This document shows positions 22,674 to 31,282 of a DNA stretch of 64,000 bases, one piece after another. How positions within the stretch are numbered: position 1 is the first letter of the stretch; each line of letters opens with the position of its first letter. The notes beneath the pieces were generated by a model that saw only the letters and a list, made by a program, of their open reading frames with translations, was not told the origin of the DNA and made no database searches. Source of the DNA: Chloroflexota bacterium (GTDB lineage Bacteria > Chloroflexota > Limnocylindria > Limnocylindrales > CSP1-4); NCBI GenBank assembly GCA_016191345.1, contig JACPOU010000053.1:899-64898 (forward strand), written 5' to 3'. Made by a program: the position numbers and the translations under genes.

Positions 22674-23492
22674 TCACGGGGGCGGGGCAGCGGTGCCGGT
22701 CGTGCGCGACGGGCCGGCCGGCTCGAGGCCGCAGTCCGGCGTGGTGCAGAGCTCCAGGCCGAGCTGGGCCAGCCCTTCCGCGAGCGGCGTGAAGCCAAGG
22801 TAGCCCCCGAAGCTCCGGCTCGTCACGCCGGCCGGGATGCCTCGGACAAGGACGGCGCCACCGGAATCGCCGGTCTCGGCCGGCACGTTGGCCGCGATCA
22901 TGCAGGGAAAGTACGCGCCGTCACCGGGGTAGAGGTTCTCGCCCTTCTCGACGACCGGTCCACTCCGATAGATGCCGCGCCCATCGATCTCGACGAGATC
23001 CCCCACGGCGATGTCGCCGCAGGCGAGCGGTACCGTCCCTGCGGCGAGAATCCGGTAGCCCGCGGTTCCGAAATCGATGGCATTGAGGTGGCCCCACGGA
23101 ATCCGGGCCCTGTCGACGACGAGGTAGTTGATGTCGGACGAGGCACACCATTTGTCCGCGTACGGGCACGTCGCGTCCCGCGCAGCCGGTCCGAACACCC
23201 CACGGACGGTCGTCCCGTCCGCCTCGTAGGCCGTCGTGCCCTCGGTCGTGCAGTGCCCGGTCGAGGTCAGGACGATCGTGTCCCCGCGCCGAGCGTAGAA
23301 CCCGCCTGAACAGGCGCCCCACAGCGGCTGCCCGGCGAGGACCGGCGGCTCGTAGACCGGGGTCGTCCGGCGCGGCTGCAGCGCCCCGCGGACGATGAGC
23401 GCGCCGACGGCGAGGCCACCGAGGATCGCCAGCGCGACGGGGAGGCGGCGTCGCAAGCGGCGGCCGTCACCGCCGCGACTCCCCACGATCAT
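22674..23492 (-). CDS. membrane-anchored trypsin-like (S1, streptogrisin/alpha-lytic-like) serine protease
   Basis: Last 272 aa of ORF 22674..24653, from MIVGSRGG: TM anchor LPVALAILGGLAVGALIV, catalytic His in LTSTGHCTTEG, catalytic Ser in ETGDSGGAVL, and several Cys pairs. Its ATG overlaps the tatD stop (ATGA at 23489-23492). Confidence 0.75.
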   Translation of the reverse strand: MIVGSRGGDGRRLRRRLPVALAILGGLAVGALIVRGALQPRRTTPVYEPPVLAGQPLWGACSGGFYARRGDTIVLTSTGHCTTEGTTAYEADGTTVRGVFGPAARDATCPYADKWCASSDINYLVVDRARIPWGHLNAIDFGTAGYRILAAGTVPLACGDIAVGDLVEIDGRGIYRSGPVVEKGENLYPGDGAYFPCMIAANVPAETGDSGGAVLVRGIPAGVTSRSFGGYLGFTPLAEGLAQLGLELCTTPDCGLEPAGPSRTTGTAAPPP

Positions 23493-24283
23493 CGAAACGC
23501 GGCGTCGTAGGCGGCGATGAGTTCGTTCCCCACCGACGCCTCGATCGCGGGATCGACCTGGTCGAGGCCACGCCGCCCGGCGACCCAGCGAGCCGTGATC
23601 TCGACGGCGGCCGGCTCGTTCCGGCCACGCGGACCGCCGGGTGGGGTCAGGAACGGCGAATCCGTCTCGACGAGGAGGCGGTCGGCGGGCACGAGCGCCG
23701 CGACCTCGGCGGTCGCCTCCTCGCCCCGCCGGAAGGCGAGCCCCGAGATCGAGATCCACGCCCCGAGCTCCAGCATCGCCGTCGCGTAGTCGACCGGCCC
23801 GCTGAATGAGTGGATGACGGGGCGGACGCCAGGGAACGCCCTCACCTCGGCGAGGAGCGCGTCCTGGGCGTCCCGCTCCCCGATCCGGGCGCGGCAGTGG
23901 AGGATGGCCGGCTTCCCGGCCTCCACCGCGAGACGGAGGTTGCGGCGGAGGTTCAGGAGCTGGTCCGGGATCGGCGAGAAGACGCGGTCGAAATCGAGGC
24001 CGGTCTCGCCGATCGCGACGACGCGTGGATCGGTGGCCTGGCCGGCGATCCCGGCCCACTCGGCGTCGGTGACCTTCGCCGCGTCGTGGGGATGGACGCC
24101 GACCGCGGCGTCCATCCACGGGTGGCGCTCGACGAGGGCCAGCGCGGCAGCGCACGACCAGGCGTTCCAGCCCGGGACGAGGATGCGCTCCAGGCCGGCC
24201 ATCCGCGCCGCCGCGACGACCGCGTCGACGTCGGCGCCGAACCGGTCGGCCTGGAGGTGGCAGTGGCTGTCGATCAGGCGCAT
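23489..24283 (-). CDS. tatD: TatD family metal-dependent hydrolase/DNase
   Basis: 264 aa: MRLIDSHCHLQ..., AIGETGLDF, PAILHCR, VIHSFSG, LLVETDSPFL. Confidence 0.9.
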   Translation of the reverse strand: MRLIDSHCHLQADRFGADVDAVVAAARMAGLERILVPGWNAWSCAAALALVERHPWMDAAVGVHPHDAAKVTDAEWAGIAGQATDPRVVAIGETGLDFDRVFSPIPDQLLNLRRNLRLAVEAGKPAILHCRARIGERDAQDALLAEVRAFPGVRPVIHSFSGPVDYATAMLELGAWISISGLAFRRGEEATAEVAALVPADRLLVETDSPFLTPPGGPRGRNEPAAVEITARWVAGRRGLDQVDPAIEASVGNELIAAYDAAFR

Positions 24284-24373
24284 CGGATCCGATTGTGGGC
24301 CAGACGCTCCGGCCTGTCGCCGCGAGCCGGGATGGCGGGACGGCGGCCCCGCGTCCCGGACGGCGGCGACGCG

Positions 24374-24736
24374 TCACTCCCGGGGCGCCGCCTCGAAGAG
24401 CCCGATCTGGTTGCCCTCGGGGTCGTCCACGACCGCGAACCAGCCCCAGCCCGGGATGTCCGTCTTCGGCTCGACGGTCGTGCCGCCGTTGGCCGTCGAT
24501 GCCGCGAGGGCGTCCTCGACGGACGCGACGTGGATGTAGAGGCGGAGCCTGGGGCCCGTGCTCACGCCGCGCAGGCCGATCGCCCCGCCGTAGCCCTCGC
24601 CCGACTGGAACATGTGGTAGCCCGGCATGCCCTCGGGCTCGCTGAACGACCACCCGGCGACCGCCGAGTAGAACCGCTTGGCCCGCTCGGGATCGTCCGC
24701 CGGGAACTCGACGTGGTTGATGTTGCCGTGCGCCAT
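24374..24736 (-). CDS. VOC (glyoxalase/bleomycin resistance/dioxygenase) family protein
   Basis: 120 aa: INHVEFPADDPERAKRFYSAVAGWSF...GWFAVVDDPEGNQIGLFE. Confidence 0.8.
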   Translation of the reverse strand: MAHGNINHVEFPADDPERAKRFYSAVAGWSFSEPEGMPGYHMFQSGEGYGGAIGLRGVSTGPRLRLYIHVASVEDALAASTANGGTTVEPKTDIPGWGWFAVVDDPEGNQIGLFEAAPRE

Positions 24737-24788
24737 GGCGCCCTCCAGCTAGCCCGCGGCCGCTCGCCGCCCGTCACGGGATCGACGG

Positions 24789-26441
24789 TCAGTCTGCCCC
24801 GGATTCGACATCGAGGCGCGGGAAGAGCGGCTCCGGCGCCGCCAGCCGGCCCGGCTCGGCCGCATGCGCGCCCCAGGTGAGCTCGTCGAGGATCGCCGGC
24901 CCGCCGTTGCCGTCGGCCCCGTACACGAACGCGTGGCCGAGCTGGGCCAGCACCCTCGGTGCCGTCGCCGGCATGAACGGCGCCGCCGCGAGGCCGGTGA
25001 GCCGGCACGCCTCCACGAGGTCGCCGAGCGCGTCCCGAAGTCGCACCGCCGCCACATCGTCGCCGGCCCTGGCCGCCTTCGCGAGCGTCCACGGCCGCTC
25101 GGCGTCCACGAACCGGTTGGCGGCGCCCACGAACTCCCAGAGCGCGGCGAGCGCCGCGTGCAGCTCGCACCCTTCGACGGCCGCGATGTAGGCCGGGAGC
25201 GCGGCCGCCCACGCCGCCGCGAGCACCGTGGGGCCACTGCCAGTCGAGCCAGGGGCCGGCCGTTCGCCGTCCAGGTATCGCCCGGCCATCGAGACCGTCC
25301 GGTTCACGAGGTTCCCGAAGTCGTTCGCGAGGTCTGCGTTGTAGCGCCGGACGAAGCTGTCCCAGCTGACCTCGGCATCGCGGTCGAAGGGCACCTCGCG
25401 GAGGGTGACGTAGCGGGCCCCGTCGCTCCCGAAGGCCGTCACGAAATCGTCCGGGTCCAGGAAGTTGCCGCGGCTCTTGCTCATGCGCTCGCCACCGGCT
25501 GCCAACAGCCAGCCGTGGACCCAGACCTTCCGGGGCGCCTCGAGCCCGGCGCTCCAGAGCATCGCCGGCCAGAAGATCGTGTGGAACCGGGCGATGTCCT
25601 TGCCGATCACGTGGAGGTCGGCCGGCCACCATTTGGCGAAGGCGTCGGGATCGGCCGGGAAGCCCGCGCCCGTGATGTAGTTGATGAGGGCGTCGAACCA
25701 GACGTAGATGACCCCGGCTTCGGGATCCCAGGTCCCGTCCTCGCGCCGCGAGCTCTGGCCGTCCTCGCCGATCGGGAACGGGATCCCCCACCCGCCCGGC
25801 GTCCGCTCCCGGCTGATCGAGAAGTCCTGGAGGCCGCCGCGGATGAAGCCGAGCATCTCGTTGCGCCGGAAGTCCGGCTGGACGAAGTCCGGGTGCTCGG
25901 CGAAGTGCCGCTCGAGGCGCTCCTGGTAGGCCGACAGGCGGAAGAACCAGTTCTTCTCCTTCAGCCACTGGAGGGGCACCTCGGGGTGGTTCGGGCAGAT
26001 CGTGCCCCGCGCGGTCTCGTGGACGTCGGTCGCGTTGAGGAAGCCCTCGTTCGGGCAGTACCAGCCCTCGTACGTGCCGAGGTAGATGTCGCCGTTCGCG
26101 TGGGCCCGGCGGACCATCTCCTGGGCGGAGGCCACGTGGTCCGGATCCGTCGTCCGGATGAAGCGATCCGGGCTGATCGCGAGGGCGTCCTCGGCGCGCT
26201 TGAAGTAGCCGACCTTCTCGTCGAGGAAGTCGCGCGGCGAGCGGCCCTCGTCGAGCGCGCTCTGGGCGATGTTGATCGAGTGCTCATCCGTGCCGGTCAG
26301 GAAGCGGGTGTCGTCGCCCTTCATCCGGTGCCAGCGCGCGATGACGTCGGCGCCCACCACTTCGTACAGGGTGTGGAGGCCGGGCTTGTTGTTCGCGTAG
26401 GCGATCGCGGTCGTGAGGTAGTAGCGGGGTCGGTCGGTCAT
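24789..26441 (-). CDS. metG: methionine--tRNA ligase
   Basis: 550 aa: YYLTTAIAYANNKPGLHTLYEVVGADVIARWHRMKGDDTRFLTGTDEHS (HIGH-type region) and KMSKSRGN (KMSKS). Confidence 0.95.
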   Translation of the reverse strand: MTDRPRYYLTTAIAYANNKPGLHTLYEVVGADVIARWHRMKGDDTRFLTGTDEHSINIAQSALDEGRSPRDFLDEKVGYFKRAEDALAISPDRFIRTTDPDHVASAQEMVRRAHANGDIYLGTYEGWYCPNEGFLNATDVHETARGTICPNHPEVPLQWLKEKNWFFRLSAYQERLERHFAEHPDFVQPDFRRNEMLGFIRGGLQDFSISRERTPGGWGIPFPIGEDGQSSRREDGTWDPEAGVIYVWFDALINYITGAGFPADPDAFAKWWPADLHVIGKDIARFHTIFWPAMLWSAGLEAPRKVWVHGWLLAAGGERMSKSRGNFLDPDDFVTAFGSDGARYVTLREVPFDRDAEVSWDSFVRRYNADLANDFGNLVNRTVSMAGRYLDGERPAPGSTGSGPTVLAAAWAAALPAYIAAVEGCELHAALAALWEFVGAANRFVDAERPWTLAKAARAGDDVAAVRLRDALGDLVEACRLTGLAAAPFMPATAPRVLAQLGHAFVYGADGNGGPAILDELTWGAHAAEPGRLAAPEPLFPRLDVESGAD

Positions 26442-26653
26442 CGGAGTGGCACCTCGGGGCGCCGCGCGGCGGCGGGGCGAGGCCGATTCTTCGATCGGCA
26501 GGACGTTGCTGGCGGCCGACGGTCGAGGTGACCGGTCGATCTCTGGTTGGAGATCAGGCGCCGGCGCCCGTCCGTGGCCGCCCGGGCATCGCCATGGAGC
26601 TCCGGCGCGACATGGCCGGGATCATAGCCGGTCCGCTGCAGGGCCCGGGCGGC

Positions 26654-27880
26654 TCAGCGCGGAGGCGCCACCGGCAGGTGGACGTAGCCGCGGAACTGGA
26701 AGCCGGGCCGGCGCTCGGCGCCGGGGAGGATCTGGAGCTCGTCGATCGCGCGGGCCAGGCCGTCGAAGAGCGCGACCAGCTCCATCCGCGCGAGCGGCGC
26801 CCCGACGCAGAAGTGGATCCCCCCGCCGAAGCTCAGGTGGGCCGTCTCGCCGCGGACGATCCGGAAGGCGTCCGGGTCCGGGAAGCGGCGCGGGTCGCGG
26901 TTCGAGGAGCCGATCATCAGCCCCACCCGCCGCCCCTTCGGGATCGGGATGCCGTCGGGGCCGCCGACGGTGAAGCCCTCCTCGAGGACCCAGCGGTGGA
27001 AGTACTGGAGCGGCGGGTCCCAGCGGAGGACCTCCTCGACCGCCGTCTCGAGCGGAACGGCCCCGGAACGGAGGGCCCGCCACTCATTCGGGTGCGCCGC
27101 GAACGCGGCGACGCCGTTCGCGGCCGCGTTGACCGACGCCTCATGGCCGGCCATGAGGAGGACCATCGCGGTCGAGGCGATCTGGTCGTCGTCCAGGCTC
27201 TCGCCATCGACCCGGGCCTCGATGAGGCTGGACAGGAGGTCCGGCCCGGGGCGCGCGCGCCGCTCTCGGATCAGGTCGTGCGTGTAGGCCAGGAACTCGC
27301 CGGCCGCGTCGTTCGCGCGCTGCTTCTGGGCGTCCGGCGGGGCGGGCTCGTACATCGAGACGACGGCATGCGAGAGGTCGAGGACGCGCAGCCGATCCTC
27401 GGCCGGCACGCCGATGAGGTCGCAGATGATCCCGAGGGAGAGCGGCTCGGCGAGGTCCGTGACGACGTCCAGGCTGCCCCGCTCCCGGGCCGCGTCGATG
27501 GCCGCCCGGACGCGGGCCTCGATGCCCACCCGCTGGGCCTCGACGGCGCGCGGCGTGAACGCGGCCAGGACCAGCCGGCGGAGCTTCGTGTGGTCCGGCG
27601 GTTCGATCGCGATGAGGTCCCAGCGCTCGAAGCGGGCGAAGTCGGGATACCGACCGTCGCGCCACGGCTGGGCCGCGGGGTCGAAGCCCGGACGCTCGCC
27701 GAAGTCACTCCCGAGGCGCCGGTCGCGCCAGGCTGCGAACACGTCGGCGTGGCGGGTGATGAAGTGGAGCCCGACCTCCCTCGAGGAGACGACCGGCGAC
27801 GCCTCGCGAATCGCCGCGTAGGCGGCGTACGGATCGAGGGCGACCGCGGGATCGGAGGGATCGAAGGTCGGGGCGCTCAC
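26654..27880 (-). CDS. cytochrome P450
   Basis: 408 aa with GTG start. Heme-Cys loop FGGGIHFCVGAPLARME, EXXR (EEVLRW), I-helix LLMAGHEAS. Confidence 0.9.
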   Translation of the reverse strand: MSAPTFDPSDPAVALDPYAAYAAIREASPVVSSREVGLHFITRHADVFAAWRDRRLGSDFGERPGFDPAAQPWRDGRYPDFARFERWDLIAIEPPDHTKLRRLVLAAFTPRAVEAQRVGIEARVRAAIDAARERGSLDVVTDLAEPLSLGIICDLIGVPAEDRLRVLDLSHAVVSMYEPAPPDAQKQRANDAAGEFLAYTHDLIRERRARPGPDLLSSLIEARVDGESLDDDQIASTAMVLLMAGHEASVNAAANGVAAFAAHPNEWRALRSGAVPLETAVEEVLRWDPPLQYFHRWVLEEGFTVGGPDGIPIPKGRRVGLMIGSSNRDPRRFPDPDAFRIVRGETAHLSFGGGIHFCVGAPLARMELVALFDGLARAIDELQILPGAERRPGFQFRGYVHLPVAPPR

Positions 27881-27917
27881 CGGGCGGATTCTAGGCTGGC
27901 CGCCGCGCCTCGGACGC

Positions 27918-30125
27918 TCAGTGGCGGAAGTGGCGGGTGCCGGTCATCAACATCGTCGCGCCGACGGCGTCGGCCGCCGCGACGGCGTCCGCATCGTGGA
28001 GCGAGCCGCCGGGCTGGGCGAAGGCGGTCGCCCCGGCCTCGAGGCAGACCTCGACCGCGTCCGGGAACGGGAAGAACGCATCCGAGCCGCAGGCCGCCCC
28101 GCGCAGCGCCTCATCGCCGGCGAAGCGCCGGGCCTTCTCGACCGCCTGCCGCGCCGCGTCGACGCGGGACACCTGCCCCGAGCCCATCCCGATCAGCGCG
28201 CCGTCCTTCACGAGCACGATCGCGTTCGAGGCGATGCCGCGGCAGAGCCGCCAGGCCAGGTCGAGGTCCGCGTGTTCGGCGGCCGTCGGGGCCCGCTCCG
28301 TGGCCACGGACCACGTTGCCGGGTCGTCCGGCGTCACGTCCGGCGCCGTGACGAGGACGGCCCCGCCCGCGGATCGGAGGCTGGCGCGCGGCGAGGGCAC
28401 CGGCGGTGGCGCATCGGCGCCGAGGCTCCGGTCGACGACCAGTCGGAGGTTCGGCTTCGCCGCGAAAACCTCGAGGGCGCCCGCATCGAACCCGGGCGCG
28501 ACGACGACCTCGAGGAAGATCGCGGCGAGGCGCTCGGCGACCGCCCGATCGACGGGCCTGGTGAGCGCCACGACGCCCCCGAACGCGGACACCGGGTCCC
28601 CGGCCAGCGCCGCCTCCCAGGCCTCGAGGAGGGTGCCGCGCTCGGCCGCGCCGCAGGCGTTCGTGTGCTTGACGATGACGCAGGCCGGGCCGCGGAGCTG
28701 GCGCGCGACGTTCGCCGCGGCCGCCGCATCGAGGACGTTGTTGTGGGAGAGCGCCTTGCCCTGGAGCGGCGGCTCGCCGCTCGCGAAGAGCCCGGCCTCG
28801 CCGTCCGGACCGGGCCGGCGGTAGCGCGCCGCGACCTGGTGCGGGTTCTCGCCGTAGCGGAGCGTCTCGACCTTCTCGAGGCCCACCGTCAGCGTCGGCG
28901 GGTACGGGTCCGAGGCGCCCGGCAGGCCCGGCCAGTCCGGCAGCTCCAGGCCCGCATCAGCCATCCGGACCGGCAGCTCGGCGGCGATCCGCGCGTCGTA
29001 GGCGGCGGTGTGCCGGAACGCCTCGACCGCGAGGGCCGCCCGGACCCCGTCGGGGATCGCCCCGCGCGCCAGCAACGCGGCGACGTCCGCGTACCGGTCC
29101 GGCGAGGTCACGATCGCCACGCTGGCGTGGTTCTTCGCCGCGGCGCGGACCATCGAGGGCCCGCCGATGTCGATCTCCTCGACCAGCTCGTCGAGACTGA
29201 TCCCCTCGCGCTCCGCGGCGGCGGCGAAGGGATACAGGTTCACGACGACGAGCTCGAACGGCGCGATCGCGGCCGCCGCGAGGGCCTCGCGATGGGCGGC
29301 GAGGCGGCGGTCGGCGAGGATCCCGGCGTGGACCCGCGGGTGGAGCGTCTTGACCCGGCCGTCGAGCATCTCGGGGAAGCCCGTGACCGCCGCGACATCG
29401 GTGACGGGCAGGCCGGCATCGCGGAGGGCGCGGGCCGTGCCGCCGGTCGAGACGAGCTCGAAGCCGAGCCCGACGAGGACTCGCCCGAAGTCCGCGAGCC
29501 CGGACTTGTCGCTGACCGACAGCAGGGCCCGCCGGGAGACGGGCGGCGGCGTGCCGCGCAGCTCGCCGACCAGGCGCGCCACGACGACCGGCAGGAGCCG
29601 GTGCTCGACGGCCCGGATCCGGTCGTGGAGCGTCGGCTCGTCGTCGCCTGGGAGGATCGGCACGGCCTCCTGGGCGAGGATCGGGCCGCCGTCGAGGACG
29701 GCGTTGACCTCGTGGACGGTGCAGCCCGTGACGCGCACCCCGGCCTTGAGCGCGTCGCGGACCGCGTGGGCGCCGGGGAACGAGGGCAGGAGCGCCGGAT
29801 GCGTATTCACGATCCGCCCGGGGAATGCGGCGAGCGTCCGGGGGCCGACGATCCGCATGTAGCCGGCAAGGACGACGAGGTCGATGCGGGCGGCCGCGAG
29901 CGCCTCGGCGACGACCTCGTCCGCGCCGCCGGGGACGAGCGCGGTCTCGATCCCCTGCTCCGCCGCCCAGTCGAGGGCCTGGCAGGGTCGATCGGCCAGC
30001 ACGAGCGCGATGTCGCCACCCAGCTGCCCCCGGTCAGCCGCCGCAACCATCGCCCGGAGGTTGCTGCCGGCACCCGAGACGGCGACCGCGATCCGCGCGC
30101 CGGCGTTCGCCGCCGCAGGGGTCAC
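27918..30125 (-). CDS. purH: fused phosphoribosylglycinamide formyltransferase (PurN) / bifunctional AICAR transformylase-IMP cyclohydrolase (PurH), 735 aa
   Basis: Single uninterrupted ORF. Residues ~10-195 are PurN (IAVAVSGAGSNLRAM..., VLAGYMRIV, IVNTHPALLPSFPGAHAV, GCTVHEV). From ~residue 205 it is PurH (RRALLSVSDKSGLADFG..., LVSTGGTARAL, MLDGRVKTLHPRVHAGIL, ... FAQPGGSLHD). GTG start overlaps the purM stop (GTGA at 30122-30125). Confidence 0.9.
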   Translation of the reverse strand: MTPAAANAGARIAVAVSGAGSNLRAMVAAADRGQLGGDIALVLADRPCQALDWAAEQGIETALVPGGADEVVAEALAAARIDLVVLAGYMRIVGPRTLAAFPGRIVNTHPALLPSFPGAHAVRDALKAGVRVTGCTVHEVNAVLDGGPILAQEAVPILPGDDEPTLHDRIRAVEHRLLPVVVARLVGELRGTPPPVSRRALLSVSDKSGLADFGRVLVGLGFELVSTGGTARALRDAGLPVTDVAAVTGFPEMLDGRVKTLHPRVHAGILADRRLAAHREALAAAAIAPFELVVVNLYPFAAAAEREGISLDELVEEIDIGGPSMVRAAAKNHASVAIVTSPDRYADVAALLARGAIPDGVRAALAVEAFRHTAAYDARIAAELPVRMADAGLELPDWPGLPGASDPYPPTLTVGLEKVETLRYGENPHQVAARYRRPGPDGEAGLFASGEPPLQGKALSHNNVLDAAAAANVARQLRGPACVIVKHTNACGAAERGTLLEAWEAALAGDPVSAFGGVVALTRPVDRAVAERLAAIFLEVVVAPGFDAGALEVFAAKPNLRLVVDRSLGADAPPPVPSPRASLRSAGGAVLVTAPDVTPDDPATWSVATERAPTAAEHADLDLAWRLCRGIASNAIVLVKDGALIGMGSGQVSRVDAARQAVEKARRFAGDEALRGAACGSDAFFPFPDAVEVCLEAGATAFAQPGGSLHDADAVAAADAVGATMLMTGTRHFRH

Positions 30126-31282
30126 GGCCGGCCCCCGGGCCCGCCCTCAAGGCGACCTTCGACGTACCGCGACCCGAGCTCCGCGACCGGCGCCACGCGC
30201 CCGACCTCCAACGCCTCCGGCAGGGCCGCCCGCGCCGCCGCGACGGCCTCGGGCGCCACGACGACGACCATCCCGATCCCGCCGTTGAACGTCGCCCGCA
30301 GCTCGACGTCGTCGATCCCGCCGAGCGCGCCGAGGAGCCGCATGACCGAGGGCATCCGCCAGCGGGACGGGTCCAACCGCACGCCGAGGCCGGCCGGGAT
30401 GGCCCGCGGGGCGTTGCCCGGCAGCCCGCCCCCGGTGACGTGGGCCATGCCCCGGATGTCGTGGCCGGCCGCCCGGAGGGCGCCGCGCGCCGCAAGGAGC
30501 GCGCGGGCGTAGATCCGCGTCGGCTCCAGGAGCACGTCGCCGACCGTGGCCAGCTCGTGCGCGGGCTCCGCAGCCACCATCTCGTCCCGGCCGGCGTCGC
30601 CGAGCGTCCGAGCGACCTGCTCCTGGTACGGCCGCTCGAGGGGGATCTCCCACTCCGCGAGGAGAGCCCGGACGAGCGAGTAGCCATTCGCGTGCAGCCC
30701 CGACGAGGGCAGGCCAAGCACGAGATCGCCCGCCCGGGCGCGGGTCCCGTCGAGGAGGTCGTCCCGCTCCACGATCCCGACGCACGTCCCGGCCAGGTCG
30801 AACGTGCCCGGCTCCATGAGGCCGGGGTGCTCCGCGGTCTCCCCGCCGACGAGCGCACAGCCCGCCTGGACGCAGCCGGCGGCGACGCCCGCGACGAGCG
30901 AGGCCACGGCATCCGGGTCGACGCGCCCGACCGCAACGTAGTCCAGGAATGCCAGCGGCTCGGCACCGCTGCAGACGACGTCGTCCGCGCACATCGCGAC
31001 GAGGTCGATCCCGATCGTGTCCCAGCGGCCGAGCGCGGTGGCGAGCGCGGTCTTCGTCCCGACGCCGTCGGTCGAGGAGACGATGAGCGGCTCCCGGTAG
31101 CCCGCCGGGATCGAGATCGCGCCACCGAATCCGCCGAGCCCGCCGACGACCTCCGGCCGCCGGGTGGAGCCGACGGCGGCCCGCATCCGCTCCACCGCGA
31201 GGTCGCCCGCGGCGACGTCCACGCCGGCCCGGGCATACGCGGCCCGGACCGCGTTCCCCTTCCCCGTCGCCTCGTCAGCCAC
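30122..31282 (-). CDS. purM: phosphoribosylformylglycinamidine cyclo-ligase (AIR synthetase)
   Basis: ORF 30122..31486, start set at GTG 31282 (VADEATGKGN...AYARAGVDV). Motifs: SSTDGVGTK, DLVAMCADDVV, GGETAEHPG. The purF stop lies inside the first 8 nt. Confidence 0.9.
   Translation of the reverse strand: MADEATGKGNAVRAAYARAGVDVAAGDLAVERMRAAVGSTRRPEVVGGLGGFGGAISIPAGYREPLIVSSTDGVGTKTALATALGRWDTIGIDLVAMCADDVVCSGAEPLAFLDYVAVGRVDPDAVASLVAGVAAGCVQAGCALVGGETAEHPGLMEPGTFDLAGTCVGIVERDDLLDGTRARAGDLVLGLPSSGLHANGYSLVRALLAEWEIPLERPYQEQVARTLGDAGRDEMVAAEPAHELATVGDVLLEPTRIYARALLAARGALRAAGHDIRGMAHVTGGGLPGNAPRAIPAGLGVRLDPSRWRMPSVMRLLGALGGIDDVELRATFNGGIGMVVVVAPEAVAAARAALPEALEVGRVAPVAELGSRYVEGRLEGGPGGRP

Noticed and set aside
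26442-26653. T-box or other leader upstream of metG
   Set aside because: I could not find a specifier-loop/T-box sequence (AANNNGGGTGGTACCGCG-like) or a terminator-antiterminator pair. The region looks like a plain GC-rich intergenic spacer. This was not tested computationally.
26654-27880. Cytochrome P450 as a marker of a secondary-metabolite cluster
   Set aside because: It is flanked by metG and the purine operon. There is no adjacent ferredoxin or reductase, PKS/NRPS, terpene synthase, tailoring enzymes or regulator, so it is an orphan P450.
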